Positions 27,167-39,881 of a DNA stretch of 64,000 bases are shown in pieces; position 1 is the first letter of the stretch; each line of letters begins with the position of its first letter. The notes beneath the pieces were generated by a model, which was not told the DNA's origin, made no database searches, and saw only the letters and a list, made by a program, of their open reading frames with translations. Made by a program: the position numbers and the translations under genes. The DNA is from Marsupella aquatica. Taxonomy: Eukaryota; Plantae; Marchantiophyta. The DNA lies in NCBI GenBank assembly GCA_973895155.1, contig OZ316892.1, forward strand, positions 2,669,223 through 2,733,222. Reading direction: 5' to 3'.

Positions 27167-30100
27167 GGTGGTCGTACGGACGTGGTTGTACGGCCCCTGG
27201 ACTTTCCAACTTTTTTGTGAGGGGTCACTCACGGGCTTGTTGGAAAGAGCTCGCGGAGCTGATTCCAACAAGGGGCGGCGCTCCTCAAACGGAGCCAGGA
27301 TGAGCAGGTTATGGCCCGACGAAGTTGTGGTTACGGGATACGGAAACGGCCATAACTTGGTCGTCCGATGTCGGTTTCGAGAGCGGTTGAGTGATTCGTG
27401 ATCAGGAGGGGGAGAGCTATCCAGGGGGAACTCAGCGTAGTGCTTAGATGCTTTGGAGTAGCTTTTGTGAGTAGCGCACCGATTAGGAGAAGTTCAAGCC
27501 AGAGTAATGAGGTGGAGAACGTAGCACTTGTCCCCGGGAGGCAGGAGTTGGGCAGACGGCAGGAGTCCGGGTTGTCCTTGCATGTGTTACGGGAAACACC
27601 AAGAGATATGGATTTGGCTTGAGGTTCCAATATTTTGTGTGTCACTTGTTGTTGCTTGTGTTGTTTGTTTTCCTCCCCTAGTGCGTGTGGTCGGTGTCGT
27701 TGTGGAAACATTTGTCCTTGTCACTAGTGTTCAAATCTTATTGTAAATGATTGTATACTTGCCCAAGAGAGGAGGGGGGTGGTGACAGCACTCACCTGGT
27801 GGGCATGAGTTGTAGATGGTAGGACTAGTCCCTTGGACTTGATCAAAAACGGAGAGACCAGTCGGTAGACTTGATCAAAAAGTACACTTCCGAGAGCGGA
27901 ATCAAACACACTCATCCTTAGGTGTGCAAATCCTCCAAATAGCGTCCCTCCACGACCCCGTAATACGATACCAACGGTTTAAGCGAAGAAAAGTACGGTT
28001 TGCAAGTATTAATCGTTGGATAGGCAAGTGACAATAGTCGCTAAACTATCATAAAGCCATTTTCCCAAATCTTTCCCAAATCATTGGGATATCTCACATT
28101 CCAATTTAAGATACCTAGGACCGAGTTGGTCCAGAAGCAGGTTTTGTTTAATAGGTGGAGGAGTATCACACTTCTACCTCACAAGAAAAGCTCTTAAGAG
28201 TGTTGCCGACAAAGTGATGGACAAGCTATTACTTCAAGCCAGCTGCCACAAAATCGAGAACCCAGATGCAGGCCTCGACAACTAATACTATAGCACAACC
28301 TGCTTTGAAGGTTCTTGTGTGCTTTAGTTGTGTGTACCATAGTCATGTATAACCTTGCCATCCTGGCAAATTATATGCCCTTGCCTGATTTTTGCAAATT
28401 CAATAGCACAGGCTAGTAAGATGCAAATCCAAATCACCCACCTACTAACCCCCTGACCTACCCACTTAGTTGTAGTTTTTCTTTTTGCCTTAAAAGATTG
28501 AATGTTTACAGAAGTACTTACTAGTAGTTACAGACCCCAATGACAAGTCTCTTGCAAAATTCCTAGCACATCGTAGGCCACCCCAGCAATTTCTGCCATA
28601 ATACAAACATTTGTATGTGTGACAGAACAGACACTCCCATTTGTGTTTGCCATGACACCGGCATGAATGGTTAGACCAGAATGGTAAAAAAGTTAGAAAA
28701 TTGAAAGTAACTCCAAAATAACAAACTAAGAGTAGGGGTACCTAAAAGAAACCTACTATACTAACCCTATTCTAAAACTTTTGATTCATTAAAAAATAAC
28801 ATTTTTTTCACTTTGGATCCCTGGAATGATAATTATGCAATGGTTATATATATGCAATGTGGAGTTCCCCAAACAAGCCATATATCATTCTCTCACAGGA
28901 ATCTTTCATGAAAAAAACAAATCATATCTGACTTTTCTAACTAGCGCCCCATCTTGGCATTTCCAAGTCCCCATCAATTCAGAAACTATATTCTATAATT
29001 GAAGCTCCAAATGTGTTCTATGTACACTAATTCATTTTACAATCATAATGGGGATAGTCCTGAACCTTCAAGATTTTTGAGGACTTTGGGTCTGTCTTAT
29101 GACCCACTTCTTTCATCTCTCCATTGCAACTAGTGAAGGGTTTCACTTCCACAAAAAATGACACATCACGTGTGACGAAGGATAGCGTCGGTTTATTGGT
29201 TCTAAAGGAAGACTTAAGAATTTGTGCAAAAGAATAGTAGGGTATTCAAACTCAATTTTTTAGACTTACAAGAAAATATTCCAAGAATATTCCAACTTTA
29301 TAGGGGTTTTAAAATAATTTTAAAAATCTTACATTTTAGGGGTTCAGGGGTCTAAAAATGTCACAGGTGATGGGAAGGTCTCCATATAGTGAGACCCCCG
29401 ATGCAACAAATCTTTTTCATTGGGCTCCAATCAAGGCTCCAGTTATTTCAAATTGAAACTGACTTATCATCCAACCATCTTCGTTAGTGCAATAATAAAT
29501 AATTTTTAAGGTTTGGGCCAAACTTGAAAATGATTACGGGGCCTTTGTAAAATGTCAAAAGAGTTTTGTGAAACCAAAGGCAGGAAGGACCACCATGTTG
29601 GACAGAGTGCTCCCATGGACCACCTAATGTCCATGTGAATTTGGGGGCCATACCTTGATAATTATGAGTACTAAATCATGTTTCCATTTGCAAGTGCAAG
29701 CAACTAGTCTAGACAAGAAGGAGACATGGCACAAGCCCAAATATTTCATGTTGATACATTAATCTAATCAAATTTGCCCCTCCTCATTTTAAGATAAAGA
29801 ACTCACAACCAATGCCCAAAATTTCACTGTCACTTTGATGGAAGTGTACTATGCCTACTAAAATCAAAGTCACTAAACCAAAATCTATCTGAAGCTTTGT
29901 GATTCTGCATTTTCTCCTTACCTAACCAAATGTGCCAAAATTTGTTGAGAGATAGAAGGAAGCTAGGAGAATATGTACTTAAAGTTTGAGCTCAAACTGA
30001 GGTCAAATTTGTGAGTTCAAAATAAAAGTGCATCATTCTATACTAGAAATTAGCCCAATGTTACCCTAAGCCAACTTTCCTAAGCCGACTAAGCTTAAGT

Positions 30101-30524
30101 TAGGGCCAAAACAATCCAATAGGTGGGATTTATTATTTTCTATTACTCAATTAAATGGGCTGGAAATGTTCAAAGACATAGAGAAGACTAGGGGAAATCT
30201 GTGGCTAGACACATTTGAGCTCAAACAAATTTCCCAATAGTGAGCTAAAAAATTTAAGATACAAATTGACTTCACTTTACTTAACAAAATGAGTTGAAAT
30301 TTTGTTGAGAGAAGAAGAGCTAGTAAGGGGATACCTCCACTTTATGTTACGCCAACCTTACCCTAAGCCAACTTTACCTAAGTTGAGTAAGTCAAAGCCA
30401 CATCCATAACTTAGGTCATGTTTGTGCATTTTTAATTTTGAAACAATGGTGATGAAAAAACATGTTTAGATGATGTTAATTTAGTGTCGGGAATTTTGAA
30501 ATGTTTCTTGTACCTGATTAAATG

Positions 30525-30732
30525 ATTTTAAAGTTACAATTGGGGTCAAACATTACACCAGCCCTTAAGGATGTGTTCACTATCTAAAGAATTTTGATTT
30601 GCAACCTTATCAATTTTAAAGTTACAATTGGGGTCAAAGAGTACACCGACCCCTGCGGATGTGTGCACCAGAATGCCTTAACTTGTAACCTTATCAATTC
30701 TAGAATTACAATTGGGGTCAAACAGTACACCG
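30525..30732. repeat. ~85 bp tandem repeat (3 copies) that is the Gypsy insertion site
   Basis: ttacaattggggtcaaa...tacacc occurs three times; the third copy is cut by the LTR at 30733. Confidence 0.8.
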
Positions 30733-31076
30733 TGTTAGATATTGCTCTAGTCTTGTGACTCATGAGCTAACCACAGTTAGTCTAACTCGGTTTAGGACTT
30801 AGCTAATGTTAGTGGTAGTGCTATTGTGCATATAGCCAGGGCTGATGCCAGACCCTGGTGGAACTTAGGCTCATTGTTACAGAGCTAGTTGAGAGATAGG
30901 GAGAACTTGTGCTGTGGATGCTTGGTATGGCCGGTCGGCCTAGCGTGCAGTAAAGCTCTTGTGTGTTCCCGTGGACGTAGCCTCATGTGGAGGTGAACCA
31001 CGTATCTCTCTATGTCGACTATTGTGCGTTGGATGGTTCATGGGCTTGCCGTTACGAATGTCATCTATGCTCAACA
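30733..31076 (+). repeat. 5' LTR (344 bp)
   Basis: TGTTAG...TCAACA, followed 2 nt later by the PBS. The left boundary coincides with the break in the host tandem repeat. No second copy in the window. Confidence 0.75.
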
Positions 31077-31078
31077 AG

Positions 31079-31090
31079 TGGTATCAGAGC
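31079..31090 (+). promoter_or_regulatory. Primer binding site for initiator tRNA-Met
   Basis: TGGTATCAGAGC. Confidence 0.93.
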
Positions 31091-33529
31091 ATGCTTGGGA
31101 GGTGACAAGGTTTTTTTCGTGACAGGTTTTTCCAGCGTTCATTGTCGATGGTACATTCGGAGTTTTGTCGCATGAAACTTGAATGTGTGTGGCTGAGCGG
31201 ATAGGTTAGTGAGAGGGTTTTCTAACGGTGGTTAGAACTCATTGATTGGTATCCGTGGTGCGGAGGAATTGAAGTTTGCGTCGTTCAGGGTTTATTCGTG
31301 TTCGACGGTTTTTCGGGGGAGAGACCAGAGTTTGCATTTTTCAACGGTGTGAGCTGTGCGGTGCGGGAAGGATCGCACATTATAGCTCAAGTTGAAGGTT
31401 GAAGCGAGCTGGTCATTTTGGTAGCTGGATAGCTGTCGAGTTGTTACCGAGTGCGACGTGACGAGTGAAGGAGGCGTTTAGGTTTTTTCACTATCATGAC
31501 CATACGTAGCGTGCTAGACTATGTAGTGTGCTAGCGGAGTCCATACGTTAGATGGGCCGTAGTGCCTAGTTAGGAGTCTGGTTCCATGGTAGAGGGTTAG
31601 AGGGGGTGCCCTGTTGAGGGTGACTCCTCTAGTAGGACCCTCCCTCAGGGTTGGAGGGTATAGTGTGGAGAGGCTCAAAGGACGGTTAGTTCTTTGAGTT
31701 GAGCCTTTGGCGTTGGGAGAGCCTTGGTAGTGAGTGGAGCTCCTTGGCTATGGTGTCTCGTTAGCTTCGACCTAGATTCTCCACTGTGGAGTGGGTTTGG
31801 CTTGACTGTGTGTGTTCTTACGTGTTTTATGACAGTATGTCTTTCACGGATTTCACTCAAAGAACTCGTAGTGATCGATTGTAACTTCGATCAGAGATCA
31901 GTAGGATCTGGTAGGCTGTTTGATAGCATCAGCCGTGGATACATTGTGGTTTGTTGAGAGCTTTCCAACGCACTAAAGATCGCCTAGTTTGGTCGAGCAA
32001 GTTGGAAGTAATCGAAGAATGAAGAATCTGGTTCGTGTTCGACGGTTTTTTAGATTTGGAAAGCTTGAGTGCGGAAGCTCTGTTGGAAGTCATCCAGATC
32101 GGGTGAGAGGTTTCTGATGTTGATCCTTGTCTGATTTGAAACATCAATTCAATCGTGTAGAACTATTTAGCTCTGGTGTGTGGAGCGAATTGTTGTTTAG
32201 AGAGGGACCGTTGCAGATTTCTGTATTGATGAATCTATGCGCAAGCGCTGCCAGATTTCAATGCGTTGGTAGTAGATCTGGATGACAGAGTGTAGATCTG
32301 TGTTGTGTGATCAGTGGTGCGGAAGCGCTGTCCTAGTTGTGGCTCATAGATCGTGAGCGAAAGCGCTGTGCAACTTCGGAAATGTATAGGCCAAAATGTT
32401 GTCCAATTTTTAGCTCGAAGTACAGACCTCAGTTGTAGTTGATTTCTTGTGGAGAGATAGCTATGGTGGCCAATTGAATTCTGGTCCAGACAAATTCATT
32501 TTCCGCCGAGGATTCATGGAGGCTTCGAGGCAACTCGTGGTAGCTCGGGGCAAGTGGGCGTGAGAGGCGGAGAAAAGGAGCAAGCTTGCTTGCTTGGGCG
32601 TGAGATAGTTTTGCAGATTTGTGAGTAGTTCTGTGAGTATTGTGTTGCATAATTGGTCACCCATCTTTACACTATTCTGCCTGCAAGACGCTTAACTGGC
32701 AGGTTCTGAATTCTCCTAGTGTATAGACTGCCTTAGAGAAATTGGTGTAATATTTGGACGTTTTCCCCCATATATGCATCGTTTTAGGTTGCGTTAGGAC
32801 CGGTTTTGGGATTCCTAGCGGATGGTGGTGGATAGCGTTTCCATGCAGGTGACATTATCAAATGCTGGGAGTGCGAGGAGCACGTCATAGACTACTAGCG
32901 GAGTAGCTACATTGCGTTAGGATTGTGTGGTTTGTTTTGTGGATTCAGGGGGCGCCACGGTTGGTGGATTGTGTTACCTTGATTTCCATTTTGTATTTCA
33001 TTTGCGATTGGAGGGTTGTCATTGGGCTTCCTGTGTTTGGATCCCCTCCATTGCTGCTTCTTGCTTGCGCGCCCATTGTTAGGGCTGACGCTGATTTCCG
33101 GAGTAGTTTTACTCCAGTGTGCTGCCGGTAGTGAGGCTGGAGTGATGACTAGTCAGACTACCTATGTTTCTCTCACGGTGAGACTGGAGTAATGACCAGT
33201 AGACCATGGGAGGTTGCTTGTGGTGATGACAGGTTAGGTTGCCCACACCCATGTAGCTATTAGGGCTAGAGTAATACGGCAACATCAACGTTACTTGGTT
33301 AATTAGTGGTGGTGATTTGGTGGTGGTGCTGTTGCGGCTTGTCATCACGGAGCAGTTTGGTGGTCCTGTTGGGGACCTTGGTGCTGACACTGGTGGTTTT
33401 ACACGGAGTGGATTGAGGTATCGGCTACCTTTTCCACTACCATTAGTTGATGAGGACGAGGATGAGGGTGTCCCAAACATCAAGTCTTCAGTTGTATTGT
33501 CCAGTATAGCAGCCCCATTGATTTGGGAT

Positions 33530-34950
33530 ATGGACGGGATGTACAGGGCCATGAAGGGCCCACGACGTTACTCAGGGGCAGTGGGCACCATTGAGTTAGA
33601 GGACTTCATTCAGGAGTTTGATACATGGTGTGATATGCAGATGTTGCGTAACGCCACGTTATTTACACCTTTCTTGGCATGGAAGGGGTTGTTTCAGCAC
33701 TTGGAGGGGCCTCCCATGGATGATTATCATGAGTTCCGGAAGGATCATGCTATTAAGATTGAGGCATGGAGACAACATTGGTCTCCAGCCTATGTGTCTA
33801 TCACTCATGGTGGTGTTGGTACTAGTAGAGGCACTAGTGGAGGTGCTAGTGGAGGCACCAGTGGAGGCACTAGTGGGGGCACTAGCGCTCCACCTTCGTT
33901 CAGCCCAGTTACAGAGTTCTTCAAGAGGTTGAAGAAGAACTACCCAGGGGTGAAGACAGAGAAGTTGAGGAGTCTTTAGGAGTTTGAGAGAAAGACTGGT
34001 GAGAGTCTTCGTGAGGCATACACTCGTATGCGGCGTTTGATTTCAGTTACCCAGGGTGTGACTGAGGCACAGGCTGTCTAGTTCTGGTATGGGATTTTGG
34101 ACAGAGAGTTGCGGAGGAGGGTACGTGATGCTACTCTGATGAGTGATGATCCACCCACGTTGTCCCGTGTGTTTGTTTTGGCTGAGAAGATTGAGCTTAA
34201 CATGGTGGAGGAGAGGGTAGTGACATCTGCATTCAGTAGGGATACAACCACTACTTCTCGTGTTCAGCCAGCCACTTTACAGTCTCGTAGTAGTGGTGGT
34301 GGTGGTAGTAGTGGGAGTTGTGGAGGTTCGGCATGACCTCAATCAGGTTCCAGAGGGACGAGTGTGCAGAGACCATTGCCTTCATATGCTGCCCAGCAGC
34401 AAGGACCAATGTGTTGGACATGTGGAGGTGATCATGTCCGGAGGGTTTGTCCCCAGGAGAGTGGGGGACGGAGTTTAGAGGATGGATCTCAGTCAGCCCA
34501 GGTGCAGTGTGATCATTGTGGTCGAGCAGGTCATCCTCGAGACCGTTGTTTTGACCTATACCCACAGTTGAGGATGGGTGGTCGAGGTCGTGGTGGAGCA
34601 CCTCAGAGAGGCCGAGGTGGTGGAGGTGGTAGAGGTGGTAGGGGTGGTAGAGGTCCACCAGCAGTTGGAGCGCCTATAGTGGCTGCCCCTCCCCCTATGA
34701 CAGAGGCTGCTATGGCGGCTAGGATTGAGCAGTTTGGAGCAGAGACTTGCTACTATGGCTGGTATTCCACCTCGAGTAGGTTTGGGAGCAGGGGCTTCCA
34801 CGTCTTATGGAGGGATGATCTCTCTTATATGGCGAGTGCGGCACAAGTTGAGGCATCAGTTGCATTGACAAGAGGTGCAACTAGAGCTTCAGAGCCACGT
34901 GGTGCCACTGTGGAGTTGGACCCACAGAGGGGTGAGGCAGGCTAGGCTTC
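33530..34950 (+). pseudogene. gag: Gag with two zinc knuckles and an RGG-rich region
   Basis: RYSG...LEDFIQEFDTWC; CWTCGGDHVRRVC and CDHCGRAGHPRDRC; GGRGRGG tract; several in-frame stops and frameshifts. Confidence 0.85.
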
Positions 34951-35247
34951 CCCAGTCATTCTTGTTGTCAGAGGTGCTTAGGACTCCATCCATGGTTCCT
35001 ATGAGACCTGTTGAGCCAATAGTGGATACAGGGGCATCTACATCACGTGTAGTAGACACAAATGTAGCCTCTAGTGCAGTGTTGCGGATGGCAACCTCAG
35101 TATTAGGATCCTCATTGTTTTCAGCAACTAAGTTGACATGACTCGTGTATTTCAGCTAGCTGGCACGTTGTGTGAACGTGGGAGTGTTGCTGCTACGAGT
35201 GCTGAGGTGTGTGAGGGTGTTGTTGTTGAGCACCCCTTAGTGTCAGA

Positions 35248-35584
35248 GGGCATCACCACCGAGATAGGAAACAGGAAAACAAGATTACTGGTACCAACAA
35301 AAAGTTTCCTGTTACTAGTAAAAAACATGATCTAAAAATGTACCATTTAAAGTCTTATTTTTCAAAATAATTAAAATCGTGGGTTTTTTTTGTGAGCGCC
35401 AAGCACTGCTATTGTTAGCTCCGGGCGCTAGCAATATGATGATGACAAACCAAAACAAAAAAAACTTTTTTTCCCCAAAAATAAATCCAAAAAAATAAAT
35501 CCAAAAAAATCACCACCCACTTTCCTGTTACCAGTAACTATTTCCTGTTACTGTTTCCTGTTTCCTGTCGTTTGTAAATACCCC
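35248..35584. mobile_element. 337 bp MITE-like insertion with an 8 bp TSD (hAT or Mutator type)
   Basis: GTGTCAGA at 35240-35247 and 35585-35592; imperfect TIRs GGG...aggaaacaggaaa / tttcctgtttcctg...CCCC; AT-rich interior. Confidence 0.8.
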
Positions 35585-36472
35585 GTGTCAGATGTTGCAT
35601 CAAGTACCACTAGTAGAAACCGGGGGGTATTTAGACCCCATAAAACAACTATTCAGTACCGTATAGGACTTGGAAACGACTGGGAAGGACTCCAGTCCTT
35701 TATAGGACTATGAGTCGTATGTTTTGTTACTATAATCAACTGAGTCCTTTATAGAATTGGTTTATAAGTCATTTTATAGACTGGATTTTCAGTCTATTGT
35801 AGTCTTTGTGTGGGTAGGTTTGGTGAGTCTTTTTCAGTCTTTTATGGACTGCGATGGTGAGTCGTTGGACCGACTCAAAAGGTTATGGAGGGTAGTCTTT
35901 AAGTATACTTTGTGGGTTTATAAAACGACTAAAGTAGACACTTTGTGGGGTATGTACAAGTCTTTCATGTCAACTAGAAATGAGTGATGAAGACCCCACT
36001 ATACTACTTGGAATGAACTCACTCTTGTGCACAAATAACACATTCCATTCATGTTTTATTGTGTACTTGGAATGAACTCACTCTATAAGGTCACCATTCA
36101 CCATGTTAACATTAGAACCTCACACAAATTTTCAGAAAGCCATCTTCTATACCATGTACACTAATATGAATTCACAGATTCAAACATCATAGACTACAAA
36201 GAAGGTCACAAAGCATTCGTCTATACCATACACACTAATACTAAAATGATACAAAACAGATTCAAGTATCATAGACAATCACCATAGAGCCATAGTTTGA
36301 CATCAATCACTTGTTTCATATATACAAAATTCAGAAATATCAATGTCACACACAACGGCTCCTTCATTCTCTTTACCAAATGGAAAAATTGGTACATATA
36401 TTTCTTGGATCTTTCCAAGGCAATGTCAAAATGTAACACATGTCACATGATTCTATCTACACTTGCATTCAG

Positions 36473-39114
36473 TCACTGCAGACTAACACACTCTGATGGC
36501 CAGAGCACAAGAGATCCTACTGCATCTGCAATTATTTCCTGAGGTGGATCATCGTCTCTATTCGGAAATGGCAAATTACAATCAGATACAATCACTGTAG
36601 TCAACAACACTACTACATGGTCATCCGGGACCACTTTGCCATGGAATTTAGCATGATCCGGTCGCAAAATGCCTGTACCCACACATACCTGCGAGTCATC
36701 CTCCCATGATAGAAGATTATGGACTGGCTCTGCTGTGGCTATGACCTCCACCTTACCCTGGCTGCTTTTCTTGGCTTTCCTGGGTGGCTTATACATGACA
36801 TTATTCATACCTTGGTTGCGAGTCATGACTTTGGCACGAGTGTTTTGTGCTGGTGATCGAGAATTGGATACACTCTTCTTCAAAGAATCTGCATCCATAT
36901 TTGACACTTCCAATTGTATAGCAGGATTTCCCTGCGATATCATCTCAGTATCTGCCAACATTGTACTTGCTTCAATTGAAGCATCTACAATCTTACTTGC
37001 ATCCAATGTTGCTCCCAAGTTTCGACGTCGCTTCACCCTGCTCCCACTTGGTTGAGAGTCTGTCAACTCTGCATCAACTACAATTCAGTGCATTGTCCAA
37101 CATAAGTGAATCACTCAGACATCACATGTGCGCCATGTACATGTCACCAACCACAAAGTTGTCACTATCTCGTTACCATTATGAACAGCCTTCTTCCCCT
37201 TCTTTACCATTGCCATATCCTCCATGTCTGCTTCTGCTGATCAATAAACACACCACAATATTCAGGTTCAATCTATTAACCACTGAATTGTTTCTCAACA
37301 ATGGTAGGAGAGGAATTTAAAGCATCAGCTTACCTGATACCTCCTTGGCTATGGTCACTGAGGCACTGGGCACATCTTTTTCATTGCTCTTTGAATCACC
37401 TGATACATCAATCATGATGTCACTTCAGATCCCAGTTGATCCAACCAGTTCTTACAGAAAAGATTACCTCCAACCGGCTTAAGCTTCACAAAACTCCATG
37501 CACTTTTCAAATGTAATGTACTGGATCATAGCAGGTTACCTATCTCAGCAACCTTTTTGCCATTCTGCTTACTGATTACAGGGTCCTTCTCTGCCTCCAC
37601 TCTTCCTGCATTCAAACCATTCACTTACTGATTATAGGGTCCTTCTCTGCCTCCACTCTTCCTGCATTCAAACCATTCACTCAATTCATGAAAACTTACT
37701 TCTAACATTTGAACATAGGACACAATGAACAATGGGCTGGTGTCATTTCCATACCTATGTCAGATTTGCCAATTCCCTTTTTTGTTAACAAGGGCACACT
37801 TTGTACAATGTTGCCCTCATTGTTTGGTTGGGAACCACACAATTTTTCAATCACAAGCTTGAAATTAGATTCCACTGATGCAAGAAGGTTCGCTACAGAT
37901 GCCTCCACAATATCCAAACGATCAGCCAATTTACTTTCCACTCGAGGGAGTCCACACTCTAATGACTTCAACCGTTCACACATCTCTGTGAGAGTTGTAA
38001 CAGTTCCCTATCATAACACAGCTTACATATCTCAGATAATTGTCCCCAAGAACTGGTTGCTTACTTCCTACTACAATTCTTTCTGATGCTCAAGGGCAAA
38101 TAGTCACAGAACATACATAATTACAACATAATCACCTGTTTGGAAGTCACACTTGTCACCTCACTCCTTTGTTTCATGAACTCCTCTCTCACTTCTTGTG
38201 CTGATGGTTTTTCACCTGTCAATTTCTTCTGCAGTCCACATCAACATACATATGAATGAAACCAAGTGTTGATTGTCAATGAAAATGTAATAATGGTAGC
38301 AAGATGATAAGTTTGAGGCTTACTATCAGGCATGTCACTGCCTTACCAATTGTTCTTTCACTGGAGCATAACTTCCTCTCCCAGCCTGTGACAGGTGTTT
38401 CACTTTGCCTCGAGCATTTGACATCAGTTCACTTTTGCTCTGTCCAGCCTCTGACATGAACCCTTTGATTAACCGTGTCCATTGATCCAATTCCAATGAT
38501 GGGGGTGGTGGCATTCTCCTGTTAGAACCATTGTCTATCCACATCCTTTTCAACCTATGCCTCTCTTGTTTCAAAATCCTCATTGCATAATCTGATATGC
38601 AATCTTCAACTGGGCCCTTACCATCATTACCAACATAGTCCCACCGTTCAAGAATGTCCTTGCAGATAGCAGCCCAATCAGCTTTGTTCTGACTCCTAAA
38701 CTCTGTAATGCTCAAATCTAACCAACGCAATACTTCTCCTCTTAGGTCAGAATGCCAACGGTTCTTACCATCACATGTGGGAGTTATCCAAACATCGGAA
38801 TTCACTTCTACTTTACCAAATTTGTTACTGTCTCCTGCCTTGGTACTCCCTGAAGCGCTACTAGGTGTCCCTCCACGGCCTGGTGTCCCCCCACGGCCTG
38901 GGGTCCCTCCACGGCCTGGGGTCCCTCCACGGCCTGATCTCCCCCCACGGCCTGGATTGCATTGTCCAAACCTCCCTGGAGTCCCTGCACATTTACAGGA
39001 TCCATTAGGTAAGTATGAATCATAAATCCTGCTGCCAAATATACACTGGACTTCAGAGCAATTCTGCAATGACCAAGTTACCTCTCCCTTGGCGCATAGA
39101 TGGTTCTGGACCAC
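36473..39114 (-). pseudogene. CACTA TnpA-like (Ptta/En/Spm ORF2) multi-exon gene
   Basis: RWHSDLRG...WLDLSI...LKQERHRLK...PPP..LDQWTRLI...SELMSNARGKV.H.S..GRGSY; terminal exon GTGIL...FHGKVVP...LPFP...AVGSLVLWP; GGTPGR 18 nt repeats; splice signals between pieces. May be intact after splicing. Confidence 0.78.
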
Positions 39115-39881
39115 CTGCCCTATTGCTTTGTCTTGATGAATTAGGGCCGTTTCTCCCGCCTGTGAATGATTGCCTCCAATCTAAACGTGGATGGCCTTTG
39201 TTGTTTTCGTGATTGTCCCAATCAGAGTCTGCATACCAACAGGTACATGCCACACTCATGGACCTATAAGATAAACTCTTTGCCCTAGCTACACATCAGA
39301 TAAGTCCATATTGAGCTAAATCTCTACTACCATCACAAAATCACTAGCACAAGGCACTTACTTGTCCAATCATCCTCCTCACCTTTCCATTGCCCTCTAT
39401 ACCCGTCTCTAACACGCTCTGGGTGTTCATATTCATCCCATCCATCTTCTGCTCCATCATAGTCATCATCATAATTATCAGGCGTCCCTTGCCAATAACT
39501 CTGGCTCCTTCTAGGGTATGGATTATGTGATTTCTCTCTAGCTGCCCACCTACCTGGGACTTGATGAGGGCCCTATGCATCCTGCACAGGTGCATTTTTC
39601 TGTGAGCCCCCTGCATCTGGGTCTCCATCCATATCCAATCTTTCCTCTTCACCCCACTCTCCAAGCCCCATGTCTGTCTCCATGTCATCACCCTCTTCCC
39701 CCATAGCTTCTGCACAACACCCACAACCAAACAGGGAGAATCAGCACACTAACTTCAAAGTATCAATCAATTTCATGCATATCCAACTATCCTAAACATC
39801 ATTCCAGGCAGCAATTCCCGTTCTATGACTCTGTGCAGGTAGTCATCCTCAACCTCATACTTGCCAATCGCCAGCTGTTGC

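Larger units (their letters stand above)
23658..28033 (+). mobile_element. Element A: 4376 bp TGT...ACA insertion with 5 bp TSD, one gene, no pol (giant solo-LTR-like)
   Basis: ATAGT (23653-23657) | TGTGAC...GTGACA | ATAGT (28034-28038); no terminal direct repeat seen. Confidence 0.88.

Noticed and set aside
28040-30500. AT-rich region with local duplications (ttaccctaagccaacttt at ~30061 and ~30358)
   Set aside because: Probably an old repeat, but no termini, TSD or coding remnant could be supported.
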